Positions 53,557-64,000 of a stretch of DNA of 64,000 nucleotides are shown in pieces. Positions within the stretch are counted from its first letter, which is position 1; the number at the start of each line of letters is the position of its first letter. The notes beneath the pieces were generated by a model, which saw only the letters and a list, made by a program, of their open reading frames with translations, had not been told where the DNA came from and did no database searches. Source of the stretch: an uncultured Acidobacteriota bacterium (GTDB lineage Bacteria; Acidobacteriota; Vicinamibacteria; Vicinamibacterales; Fen-181); assembly GCA_963776495.1 (NCBI GenBank), contig CAVZMW010000006.1, positions 843,211 to 907,210 of the forward strand. Reading direction: 5' to 3'. Position numbers and translations under genes: made by a program.

Positions 53557-54786
53557 ATGAACCTCCCCTTCGAGCTGCACATCGCGCTCCGCTACCTGCT
53601 GGCCCGCCGCCGGCAGGCGCTCATCTCGGTCATCTCGCTCATCTCGACGATCGGCGTGATGGTCGGCGTGATGGCGCTCGTCATCGCCCTCGCCCTGATG
53701 ACCGGCCTCCAGGACCAGCTGCGCGACAAGATCCTCGGCTCGACGGCCCACGTGTACGTCTGGAAGGGCGACGGGCTCACCAACTACCGCGCCGACGTCG
53801 CCCGTCTCCGGACGTTTCCCCACGTGACCGGCGCGGCCCCGGCGATCCTCGGCAAGGCCCTCATCACCAGTCCCCAGGGGCGGGCGTTCATCACCATCAA
53901 GGGGATCGACCCGTCGCTCGAGGCGAGCGTGACCGACCTCGGGCGGTCGATGCGGCAGGGGAGCGTCGCCGCCCTCTCGCGGACGACCGACGACGGCCGG
54001 CCCGGCATCCTGCTCGGCGCCGACCTGGTCAAGACGCTCGGCGTGCGCGTCGGCGACCGGGTGCAGCTGCTGACGCCCGACGGCACGCTGTCGCCGATGG
54101 GCATGCTGCCGCGCACGCGGACCCTCGACGTCGCGGGCGTCTTCGCGCTCGGCCTCTTCGAGTTCGATTCGGCGTACGGCTTCGTGACCCTTCCGGTGGC
54201 CGAGCGCCTGGTCGGCAAGGACAAGCCGGAGCTTATCGAGCTGCGCGTGGACGACATCTACCGCGCGCCGGAAGTGGCGCGCGAGATCACGGACCAGTCG
54301 GCCGGGGTGTACCTGACCGAGGACTGGACGAAGCTGAACCAGTCGCTGTTCGGCGCGCTCTGGCTCGAGAAGATGGCGATCTCGATCACCATCGGCCTCA
54401 TCGTCATGGTCGCCGCGCTGAACATCGTCGCGTCGCTCATCCTGCTCGTGATGGAGAAGAACCGCGACATCGCCATCCTCAAGACGATGGGCGCCTCCTC
54501 GCGCAGCATCATGCTGGTGTTCATGCTGCAGGGGATGATCATCGGGCTGGTGGGCACGGCGTTGGGCGCGGCGGCGGGATGGTCGGTGTCGACCCTGCTC
54601 GATCGGTACCGGGTGATCCACGTCCCGATCGACGTCTACCAGGTGTCCTACGTGCCGTTCGTCGTGCTGCCGCTCGATTTCGCGCTCGTGGTGGCGTCGG
54701 CGATCGCGATCTGTTTCGTGGCCACGCTTTACCCGTCGCGCCAGGCGTCGAAGCTGGACCCGGCGGAGGCGTTGAGATACGGATAG
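53557..54786 (+). CDS. lolE: Lipoprotein-releasing system permease (LolC/LolE family)
   Basis: MacB/FtsX-type topology with four TM helices, a large periplasmic loop, and the family N-terminus FELHIALRYL. Confidence 0.9.
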   Translation: MNLPFELHIALRYLLARRRQALISVISLISTIGVMVGVMALVIALALMTGLQDQLRDKILGSTAHVYVWKGDGLTNYRADVARLRTFPHVTGAAPAILGKALITSPQGRAFITIKGIDPSLEASVTDLGRSMRQGSVAALSRTTDDGRPGILLGADLVKTLGVRVGDRVQLLTPDGTLSPMGMLPRTRTLDVAGVFALGLFEFDSAYGFVTLPVAERLVGKDKPELIELRVDDIYRAPEVAREITDQSAGVYLTEDWTKLNQSLFGALWLEKMAISITIGLIVMVAALNIVASLILLVMEKNRDIAILKTMGASSRSIMLVFMLQGMIIGLVGTALGAAAGWSVSTLLDRYRVIHVPIDVYQVSYVPFVVLPLDFALVVASAIAICFVATLYPSRQASKLDPAEALRYG

Positions 54787-54787
54787 G

Positions 54788-54845
54788 CTGGAAGTACGAG
54801 AGTACGAGAGAGTACGAAGTAAGAAGTACGAGAAGGTACCGAGGT
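54788..54845. repeat. AGTACGA-type heptamer array immediately after the lolE stop
   Basis: gaagtacgag agtacgagag agtacgaagt aagaagtacg agaaggtac. Confidence 0.9.
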
Positions 54846-54865
54846 CGGCGCTAGGCAGCCGCTCA

Positions 54866-54935
54866 GGCCTGAAGGCCTGCGCTATCTGGGAATCTCCGCA
54901 GGACCTGCAGATAGCGCAGGGCTTCAGCCCTGCGC
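54866..54935 (+). repeat. Dual-hairpin intergenic element, copy B
   Basis: TGCGCTATCTG (54878-88) pairs with CAGATAGCGCA (54908-18), extended by GCCTGAAGGCC/GGGCTTCAGCC. A second hairpin is GCGCAGGGC-TTCA-GCCCTGCGC (54914-35). Confidence 0.85.
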
Positions 54936-54974
54936 CACGGGCCGCGAGCCGTAAGCCGGATCTGGACCACGAGC

Positions 54975-55643
54975 ATGCCGTTCGTCACCGTGACCGCCCT
55001 CGAGAAGTCCTACCGCTCCGCGACGGAGACGATCCGCGTCCTCCGGGGGCTCGACCTGTCGGTGGAGCGGGGAGAGATGGTGGCGATCGTCGGCGCGTCG
55101 GGCGTCGGCAAGAGCACGCTGCTGCACGTGCTCGGCGGTCTCGACGTCTTCGAGTCGGGCACGATCCAGATCGGAGAGGCGAGGCTTTCGAGCATGACCG
55201 ACGCCGAGCGCGTCGCCTTCCGCAACCGGCACATCGGGTTCGTCTTCCAGTTCCACCACCTGCTGCCCGAGTTCGACGCGGTCGAGAACGCCGAGATGCC
55301 GCTCCGGATCGCGCGGCAGCCGCTGGCGGAGGCGCGGCGCCGGGCCGAGTCGCTGCTCGGCCGCGTCGGCCTCGCCGACCGCCTGCACCACCGGCCAGGC
55401 ATCCTCTCGGGCGGGGAGCAGCAGCGGGTCGCCGTGGCCCGCGCGCTGGTCACCGAGCCGCAACTGCTGATCGCCGACGAGCCGACCGGCGACCTCGACG
55501 AGCAGACGGCCGACGCGCTGCACGAGCTGCTGTGCGGCATGCACCGCGAGCACGGGCTCACCTCCATCATCGCGACCCACAACATGCGTCTGGCCGGGCG
55601 CTGCGACCGGATCCTGCGCCTGGAAGGCGGGCGGCTGTCCTGA
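54975..55643 (+). CDS. lolD: Lipoprotein-releasing system ATP-binding protein LolD
   Basis: GASGVGKST, LSGGEQQRVAVARAL and LLIADEPTGDLD motifs. Confidence 0.9.
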   Translation: MPFVTVTALEKSYRSATETIRVLRGLDLSVERGEMVAIVGASGVGKSTLLHVLGGLDVFESGTIQIGEARLSSMTDAERVAFRNRHIGFVFQFHHLLPEFDAVENAEMPLRIARQPLAEARRRAESLLGRVGLADRLHHRPGILSGGEQQRVAVARALVTEPQLLIADEPTGDLDEQTADALHELLCGMHREHGLTSIIATHNMRLAGRCDRILRLEGGRLS

Positions 55644-55771
55644 GCCGGAACGACCCCTTCCGCCCGCGCGCCAGACATGGCGTCCGTCCTGCCGCGGACC
55701 CCGGCGGGGTTGCCGTATAATCCAATCAGGGCTACCACAATACGTCGCGTCTGCCGCCGCGGGTGTGCCGG

Positions 55772-58201
<2,430 letters not shown>

Positions 58202-58261
58202 AACGTCTAATACCCTGTAAACTAGGGTGTTCGTGTGGGCACCGAAGCGCCTCCCTCGGGG

Positions 58262-58285
58262 GCGCGCCCGGGAGCCCGGGCGCGC
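58262..58285 (+). terminator. GC-rich hairpin between clpC and bamA
   Basis: GCGCGCCCGG-gagc-CCGGGCGCGC, a 10-bp stem. The following T-tract (gtcagactgTTTcc) is poor. Confidence 0.35.
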
Positions 58286-58310
58286 GGTCAGACTGTTTCC
58301 AGACGAGTTC

Positions 58311-61298
58311 ATGCCCAAGTCTCGTTATTGCTTCGTGTTGTGGGCGCTGATCCTGATCGGCGCCGGGAGGGGCCTCGGTGCGGCGCCCGCGGTTCAAGTT
58401 GGCCGCCAGGCGTCGGCGCAGGCTCCGATCCCGCCGTCGGTGACGCCCGCCACATCCGTCGCGGCACCCGGCCGGCTCGCCGAGCCGGCGGCGGGCCAGA
58501 AGCCGACACCCGAGCAGCAGCCGCCTACCGGGCAGAAACCGACTACCGAGCAGAAACCGCCCACCGGGCAGAAGCCGGCGGCGGCGCAGACGCCCGCGCC
58601 CGAGAAGGAACAGAAAGCGGCCCCCGGCCGCGTCTTGTGGTGCGGCCAGGAGATCGCGCCGCCTCCAGCCAATCAGCTGCCGCCGGCCGGCTCCGGGCCC
58701 GTCATCTACCAGCTCGGTGTGTGCTTCCCCGACCAGGGCGGCGTCTCGGTCATCGACCCCGAGACTTATCTCTACTACATCCACACCAAGACGAGCCGTC
58801 CGTCGGCCGGTGTCTGGACTCCCTGGAACGAGACGACCTCGTCCGCGTCCCTGCGGGAGGACTTCCAGCAGTTGTGGGGGACGAAGTTCCTCGACAACCT
58901 GTCGATCGAGGTCACCGACTTCCCGTTCGCCAACGGCGTCGTCGGCAAGCTGGTGGCCTTCAACATGGAGGAGCGCCAGCGCGTCAAGATCGTCGACTAC
59001 ATCGGCGCCAAGCACCTCGAGCAGTCGAAGATCGACGAGAAGCTGAAGGAAGAGAACGCCGAGGTCCGGCTCGACACGTTCATCGATCCGGGCACGGTCC
59101 GCAAGGTGAAGAAGGTCGTGCTGGACATGCTGGCCGAGAAGGGCTACCAGTTCGCGTCGGTGACGCCCGAGATCAAGGCGTTGCCCGGCGGGCCGAAACT
59201 GGTGAACCTGACCTTCTCGGTCGACGAGGGGCCGCAGGTCAAGATCCGCGACGTCATCTTCGTCGGCAACAAGGCGATCCCCGGCACCACGCTCAGGCGC
59301 CAGATGAAGAACAACAAGGGGCGGGGCCTCTTCTCGTTCATCACCGGCGGGTCACCCTACCAGGAAGGGAAGTTCGAGGAGGACGCCGACGCGGTGATGG
59401 CCTACTACCGCGACCGGGGGTACATCGCCGCGCGGGTGTCCGAACCGTCGTTCCGCTACATCGAGGACTCGGCCGACCGGCGCTCGCGCTGGGTGGAACT
59501 GCGCGTCGAGGTCACCGAGGGCGAGCGCTACCGCATCGCCAGCTTCGGGTTCGAGGGCAACAAGGTCGTGAAGTCCGAGGCGCTGCGGCCGCTGTTCAAG
59601 GTCAAGGCAGGCGACTGGTACAGCGACAAGGCGATCCGGAAGGGTTACGAGAAGGCCCGCGACTTGTACGGCGCCGGCGGCTACTACCAGTTCAACCTGG
59701 TCCCCATGACCAAGCCGCACGAGGCGGCGGGCGCCGCGCCCGACGCGCCCAAGGGCGGCGACCTGACGGCGGCCGCGGCGGAGACGGTCGGCGGCCCGTC
59801 GGCGCAGGCCGATGACAAAAAGGCCGCGCAGGCCGCCCCGCCCGCGAAGAAGGCGGGCCGGACCCAGAAGCTCCCGGCCGACGCGCCGATGGTCGATGTC
59901 GTGCTGCAGGTCGACGAAGGCAAACAGTACTTCATCGACCGGATCACGTTCACCGGGAACACGACGACGCGCGACACGGTCATCCGCCGCGAGATCCGGA
60001 TCTACGAGGAAGGGGTCTTCAACACCGAGGCGCTGAAGTTCTCGATCAAGCGGATCAACCAGCTCGCCTACTTCAAGCAGCTCGAGGGGACCAAGGAAGT
60101 CGACGTCAAGGAATCGCCGACCGCCGACAACAAGATGAACATCACGCTGAAGCTGGAGGAGCAGAACCGGAACCAGATCCAGTTCGGCGCCGGCGTGTCC
60201 CAGTACGAAGGGTTCTTCGGCACCCTCGGCTTCCAGACGGCCAACTTCCTCGGCCGCGGCGAGACGTTCAGCGTGAACGTGCAGGCGGGCACGCTGGCCC
60301 AGAACTACCAGGTGGCCTTCACCGAGCCGTACCTGTTCGACCGCGCGATCACCGGCGGCATCGACCTGTTCAAGCGGAAGCTCGACTACCAGTCGCAGTT
60401 CACGCAGAGCTCGTGGGGCAGCAACATCATCTTCGGGTTCCCGCTCCACGACTTCACGCGGCTGTTCCTCGCCTACAGCTACGAGAACACGCAGGTCAGC
60501 AACCTCAACCCGATCTACCTGGATCCGTCGCTCGGTCCGAACAACCCGTCCCTGAACGACCTGCTGCTGCTCGGCGCGGGCGGCACCCGGACGATCAGCA
60601 AGGTCGTCCCGAGCGTCGTCTACAACACCATCGACAATCCCCTGGCCCCGACGACGGGCAAGAAGCTCAGCCTGTCGGTGGACTTGGCGGGCCTGGGCGG
60701 CGACACCAACTTCTGGAAGCCGAGCGTCGAGGCCACGTGGTACATGCAGCAGACCCGGCGCACCTCGATCGGCCTCCACGCGCAGGCGCAGTACATCTCG
60801 CCGTTCAGCGGCAGCAAGCCGCTGCCGATCACCGAGCTGCTCTACGCGGGCGGCGAGTACAGCGTCCGCGGCTTCGACCTGCGCACGATTGGCCCGCGGG
60901 CGCTCCAGACCATCCCGCCGACCTACAACCAGCTGACGCTCCTGCCGCCCCTGATGCCCAACGTCGTCCCGCTCGATTCCTACCAGGTCGACTCGGGGCT
61001 GGTCATCGGTGGCAACAAGCTGCTGCTGTTCAACGCGGAGTACCTGATTTCGATCGCGGGCCCGGTGCGCCTGGTGTTCTTCTACGACGCCGGCCAGGTG
61101 CGTGATTTCGGCCAGAAGTTCGCGGCGAGCGAGTTCAGGACGTCCACCGGCGCGGAGGTGCGGTTCTTCATGCCGGTGCTGAACGTGCCGTTCCGGCTGA
61201 TCTTCGCCTACAACCCGCGCCGCGCCTTCATCCTGGACAGCACGCTCCAGCCGCAGAGCGCGTTCGCGTTCAAGTTCGCCGTGGGTTCGACCTTCTAG
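58311..61298 (+). CDS. bamA: Outer membrane protein assembly factor BamA with a Q/K/P/T-rich N-terminal extension
   Basis: ATG at 58311 (MPKSRYCFVLWALILIGAG). POTRA-like repeats, and an Omp85 barrel ending ...FAFKFAVGSTF. Confidence 0.9.
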   Translation: MPKSRYCFVLWALILIGAGRGLGAAPAVQVGRQASAQAPIPPSVTPATSVAAPGRLAEPAAGQKPTPEQQPPTGQKPTTEQKPPTGQKPAAAQTPAPEKEQKAAPGRVLWCGQEIAPPPANQLPPAGSGPVIYQLGVCFPDQGGVSVIDPETYLYYIHTKTSRPSAGVWTPWNETTSSASLREDFQQLWGTKFLDNLSIEVTDFPFANGVVGKLVAFNMEERQRVKIVDYIGAKHLEQSKIDEKLKEENAEVRLDTFIDPGTVRKVKKVVLDMLAEKGYQFASVTPEIKALPGGPKLVNLTFSVDEGPQVKIRDVIFVGNKAIPGTTLRRQMKNNKGRGLFSFITGGSPYQEGKFEEDADAVMAYYRDRGYIAARVSEPSFRYIEDSADRRSRWVELRVEVTEGERYRIASFGFEGNKVVKSEALRPLFKVKAGDWYSDKAIRKGYEKARDLYGAGGYYQFNLVPMTKPHEAAGAAPDAPKGGDLTAAAAETVGGPSAQADDKKAAQAAPPAKKAGRTQKLPADAPMVDVVLQVDEGKQYFIDRITFTGNTTTRDTVIRREIRIYEEGVFNTEALKFSIKRINQLAYFKQLEGTKEVDVKESPTADNKMNITLKLEEQNRNQIQFGAGVSQYEGFFGTLGFQTANFLGRGETFSVNVQAGTLAQNYQVAFTEPYLFDRAITGGIDLFKRKLDYQSQFTQSSWGSNIIFGFPLHDFTRLFLAYSYENTQVSNLNPIYLDPSLGPNNPSLNDLLLLGAGGTRTISKVVPSVVYNTIDNPLAPTTGKKLSLSVDLAGLGGDTNFWKPSVEATWYMQQTRRTSIGLHAQAQYISPFSGSKPLPITELLYAGGEYSVRGFDLRTIGPRALQTIPPTYNQLTLLPPLMPNVVPLDSYQVDSGLVIGGNKLLLFNAEYLISIAGPVRLVFFYDAGQVRDFGQKFAASEFRTSTGAEVRFFMPVLNVPFRLIFAYNPRRAFILDSTLQPQSAFAFKFAVGSTF

Positions 61299-61365
61299 GG
61301 AGTGACCGCCGAGGATGCGCGTCGACGACCGTCAACCGAGCATGAGAGAGAAAGGGACTCTAGTG

Positions 61366-62025
61366 ATGAGACGCTTCACCGTTGCCGTGGGACTCAGCTT
61401 GGTGCTGGGAGCTGCAGTACCGACACTCGCAATCGCCCAGGCCAAGCCGACGACGCCTGCGACCGCCACCCAGAAGCCGGCGACGCAGACGACGGCTCCG
61501 GCGCAGAAGCCGGCCACCCCGCCGGCAGCCCCGCAGGCCGCGCCGCAGCCGGCGAAACCGTTCCCCGAGGGGGCGAAGATCGCGTACATCAACATCCCCC
61601 GCATTGCGGCCGAGTCGTCCGAGGGCAAGGCCTCGACGGCGAAGGTCAAGGCGCTTCAGGAGAAGAAGCTTGCCGAGCTGAACGTCAAGAACAAGGCGCT
61701 CGAGACCGCCCAGCAGAAGCTGAGCAGCGGCGGCCTGCTCAGCGAAGAAGCTCGTGCGGCCACGCAGAAGGAAGCCGAGAAGATCCAGGTCGAGATCCAG
61801 CGCCTCCAGCAGGACGCCGACGCCGAACTGCAGGAACTGCAGCAGCAGCTTCAGGGAGACTTCCAGCGCAAGCTGTCGCCCATCATCCAGCAGATCTGCG
61901 TCGAGAAGGGGCTGCACATGCTGCTGAGCCTCGAGGGCGGCATCGTGTGGGCCGACCCGGGTCTCGACTTGACGCCCGAGCTCATCAAGCGGTTCGACGC
62001 CGCCACGGCGGGCGCCGCCAAGTAG
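61366..62025 (+). CDS. skp: OmpH/Skp-family periplasmic chaperone with a Q/K/P/T-rich N-terminal extension
   Basis: Signal peptide MRRFTVAVGLSLVLGAAVPTLAIAQA. Coiled-coil body (KALQEKKLAELNVKNKALETAQQKL...). Canonical position after bamA. Confidence 0.8.
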   Translation: MRRFTVAVGLSLVLGAAVPTLAIAQAKPTTPATATQKPATQTTAPAQKPATPPAAPQAAPQPAKPFPEGAKIAYINIPRIAAESSEGKASTAKVKALQEKKLAELNVKNKALETAQQKLSSGGLLSEEARAATQKEAEKIQVEIQRLQQDADAELQELQQQLQGDFQRKLSPIIQQICVEKGLHMLLSLEGGIVWADPGLDLTPELIKRFDAATAGAAK

Positions 62026-62181
62026 CAGGCACCCTCTCGGACGACCGGGCCGCTGCCCGCCGGTCTGAGTCGCGCCTCGGTAGAACGTGCGCGCGGGCGG
62101 CGGGAGCGCCGGGGCCCGCGGGCCCGCGCCGCCGCGCCCGGGCCGCGTGTCGCCGGGTTCCCGTCCTCCGGTTGACTGAGG

Positions 62182-63450
62182 GTGACGACACTCGTGCACG
62201 CCGACACCATTCCGCTGCTCGTTGACCGGCTCCGCTACCGGTATCCCTCGCTCCTCATCGACGCCGTGACCGAGCACGTGCCGGGCGAACGCGTGGTCGC
62301 CGTCAAGAACGTCGCCGTCGACGAGGTCTACTTCCAGGGCCATTTCCCCGACACGCCGCTGATGCCCGGCGTCCTGATGGTCGAGACGCTGGCCCAGGTG
62401 GCCGCCTACCTCCTCCTGCACCGCGCCAGCGGCCGGCCGGACTCCCGGGCGATGCTGCGCGGCGTCAACGACGCCAAGTTCCGGCGGCAGGTGGTGCCGG
62501 GCGACCGGGTCCGTGTCGAGGTCGTGCGGCGCAGGACCCGCGGCCCGGTGTCGCTGCTCCGCGGCTCGGCGCACGTCGGCGGGCACCTCGTGATCGAGGC
62601 CGACCTGTTCATGGCCGTCGAGCCCGACCCGGCGTCGATCGATCCGACGGCGATCGTCAGCCCCGGCGCGGTCGTCGGCGAGGGCACGACGATCGCGCAG
62701 CACGTGGTCGTCGGGCCCAACGTCCGCATCGGCCGGCGCTGCCGCATCGGCGCCTCCACCGTGATCGACGGCTGGACCGAGATCGGGGACGACAACGAGA
62801 TCGCGCCGTTCGTGTCCATCGGCCTCGCGCCGCAGCACCTGCGGTACGCCGGCCAGCCGACGCGCGTCCTGATCGGGACGGGGAACATCATCCGCGAGTT
62901 CGTCACCATCCACCGCGGGACGGCGGAGGGGGCCGGGCTGACCCGGATCGGCGATCGCAACCTGCTCATGGCCTACGTGCACGTCGCCCACGACTGCCGC
63001 GTCGGGAACGAGACGATCCTGGGCAACGCCGCCACCCTTGGCGGCCACGTGCACGTCGAGGACTTCGCCAACATCAGCGCCTTCTCGGGCGTGCACCAGT
63101 TCTGCCGCGTCGGCCGCCATGCCTTCATCGGCGGCTACTCGGTCGTCACCAAGGACGCGATGCCGTTTGCCAAGACGGTGGGCAACCGCGCGCGCATCTA
63201 CGGCGTCAACACGATCGGCCTCGAGCGCCGCGGCTTCCCGCCCGAGACGATCGCCAGGCTGAAGCGCGCGTACCGGTACCTGCTCGTCTCGAAGCTGAAC
63301 ACCACGATGGCCGTCAACCGGATCCGTTCCGACCCGTCGCTGGTCTGCCCCGAGGTCGAGTACCTGACCGAGTTCATCCGGGGGTCGAACCGCGGCGTGC
63401 TGCTGCGCCGGCCGACGCACCGGACCGACGAGCCTGAGGTCGAAGAATAG
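62182..63450 (+). CDS. fabZ-lpxA: In-frame fusion of 3-hydroxyacyl-ACP dehydratase FabZ (aa 1 to about 145) and UDP-GlcNAc acyltransferase LpxA (aa about 150 to 422)
   Basis: FabZ part: [11 protein letters not shown]...[31 protein letters not shown]. LpxA part: [19 protein letters not shown] hexapeptide repeats, ...[14 protein letters not shown]...AHDCRVGN...[12 protein letters not shown]. No stop codon lies between the domains. Confidence 0.85.
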   Translation: MTTLVHADTIPLLVDRLRYRYPSLLIDAVTEHVPGERVVAVKNVAVDEVYFQGHFPDTPLMPGVLMVETLAQVAAYLLLHRASGRPDSRAMLRGVNDAKFRRQVVPGDRVRVEVVRRRTRGPVSLLRGSAHVGGHLVIEADLFMAVEPDPASIDPTAIVSPGAVVGEGTTIAQHVVVGPNVRIGRRCRIGASTVIDGWTEIGDDNEIAPFVSIGLAPQHLRYAGQPTRVLIGTGNIIREFVTIHRGTAEGAGLTRIGDRNLLMAYVHVAHDCRVGNETILGNAATLGGHVHVEDFANISAFSGVHQFCRVGRHAFIGGYSVVTKDAMPFAKTVGNRARIYGVNTIGLERRGFPPETIARLKRAYRYLLVSKLNTTMAVNRIRSDPSLVCPEVEYLTEFIRGSNRGVLLRRPTHRTDEPEVEE

Positions 63451-63478
63451 CCCGCGACGCGGGACGGACCACACCGCC

Positions 63479-64000
63479 ATGCGCATCGGCCTCATCGCCG
63501 GCAACGGCCGGTTTCCGTTTCTGGTGCTCGACGCGGCCCGCCGGCTGGGCCACGAGGTCACCATCGTCGCCATCCGGGAGGAGGCGTCGCCGGAACTGGA
63601 CGAGGCGGCGGCGAGGGAACCGCGGGCCGAGATCGCCTGGCTGTCGCTCGGCGAGCTCAGCCGCTGCATCGACACGCTGCGCGGGGCCGGCGTCACCCGC
63701 GCCGTGATGGCCGGCCAGGTCCGCCACGCCAGGATCTTCTCCGGCATCGTGCCGGACCCCCTCCTGCTCGCGGCGCTGCTCCGGCTGCGATCCAGGAACA
63801 CCGACGCCCTCATCTCGGCCGTCGCCGGCGTGCTCGGCGACCACGGCATCGAGCTGCTCGACTCGACCGCGTTCCTCGCGCCGCTCCTCGCCGGACCGGG
63901 GCCGATTGCCGGGCGGCCCCCGACCGAAGGTGAGCGGGCCGATCTCGAGTTCGGGTGCCGGATCGCGGACGCGGTGGCCGGCCTCGACGTCGGCCAGACG
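63479..64000 (+). CDS. lpxI: UDP-2,3-diacylglucosamine pyrophosphatase LpxI (DUF1009), 5' partial at window end
   Basis: My own translation from ATG 63479 gives [32 protein letters not shown]...AVMAGQV...GLDVGQT, open to the window end. It matches LpxI family features as recalled. Confidence 0.75.
   Translation, partial: MRIGLIAGNGRFPFLVLDAARRLGHEVTIVAIREEASPELDEAAAREPRAEIAWLSLGELSRCIDTLRGAGVTRAVMAGQVRHARIFSGIVPDPLLLAALLRLRSRNTDALISAVAGVLGDHGIELLDSTAFLAPLLAGPGPIAGRPPTEGERADLEFGCRIADAVAGLDVGQT

Noticed and set aside
61360-63849. 829-aa minus-strand ORF, plus the similar 30305-32893, 28638-29966, 39907-41748 and 51976-54621 minus-strand ORFs
   Set aside because: All are antisense to strongly supported genes (skp/fabZ-lpxA, lnt/prfB, stomatin/SPOR, dnaK, lysS/lolE). 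All have Arg/Pro/Gly-dominated translations.

Overview
High-GC, densely coding 64 kb chromosomal segment from a Gram-negative bacterium. The gene content (Oar-like CarboxypepD_reg outer-membrane barrels, LpxI, a dnaK-dnaJ-hspR operon) suggests Acidobacteriota, but that is inference only. I call about 57 CDS, nearly all housekeeping: gdhA; valS-birA-coaX; argS; lysS; a prfB with the classical +1 frameshift site; an Rrf2 regulator followed by the sulfate transporter genes sbp-cysTWA; PBP1A; dnaK-dnaJ-hspR; acyl-CoA metabolism genes; mtnP; lolE/lolD; clpC; and the envelope cluster bamA-skp-fabZ/lpxA-lpxI. I found no rRNA, tRNA, CRISPR array, transposase, integrase or prophage genes, and no convincing new multi-gene system such as a defence island or biosynthetic cluster. 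The things worth a second look are listed here. (1) Almost every longer intergenic region is built from 7-8 nt tandem-repeat arrays, with the same units recurring at several loci, usually right after stop codons and often arranged as inverted blocks that would form hairpins. (2) A roughly 70-80 nt dual-hairpin element occurs twice, at about 19.83-19.91 kb and about 54.87-54.94 kb. (3) A 5 x 20 bp iteron-like array lies in the gdhA 3' region. (4) FabZ and LpxA are fused in frame, and lpxD is missing from its usual position. (5) The operon-encoded DnaJ has HPG in place of the canonical HPD motif, and there is no grpE. (6) The hemW-like radical-SAM gene is frameshifted. (7) An Rrf2 regulator with a perfect palindromic operator sits directly ahead of the sulfate transporter genes. 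(8) A stand-alone DnaC/DnaI-like AAA+ loader is present. (9) An acyl-CoA mutase carries a mixed (Tyr/Gln) substrate signature. Many very long ORFs in the supplied track are antisense or out-of-frame artefacts of the high GC content and were rejected.
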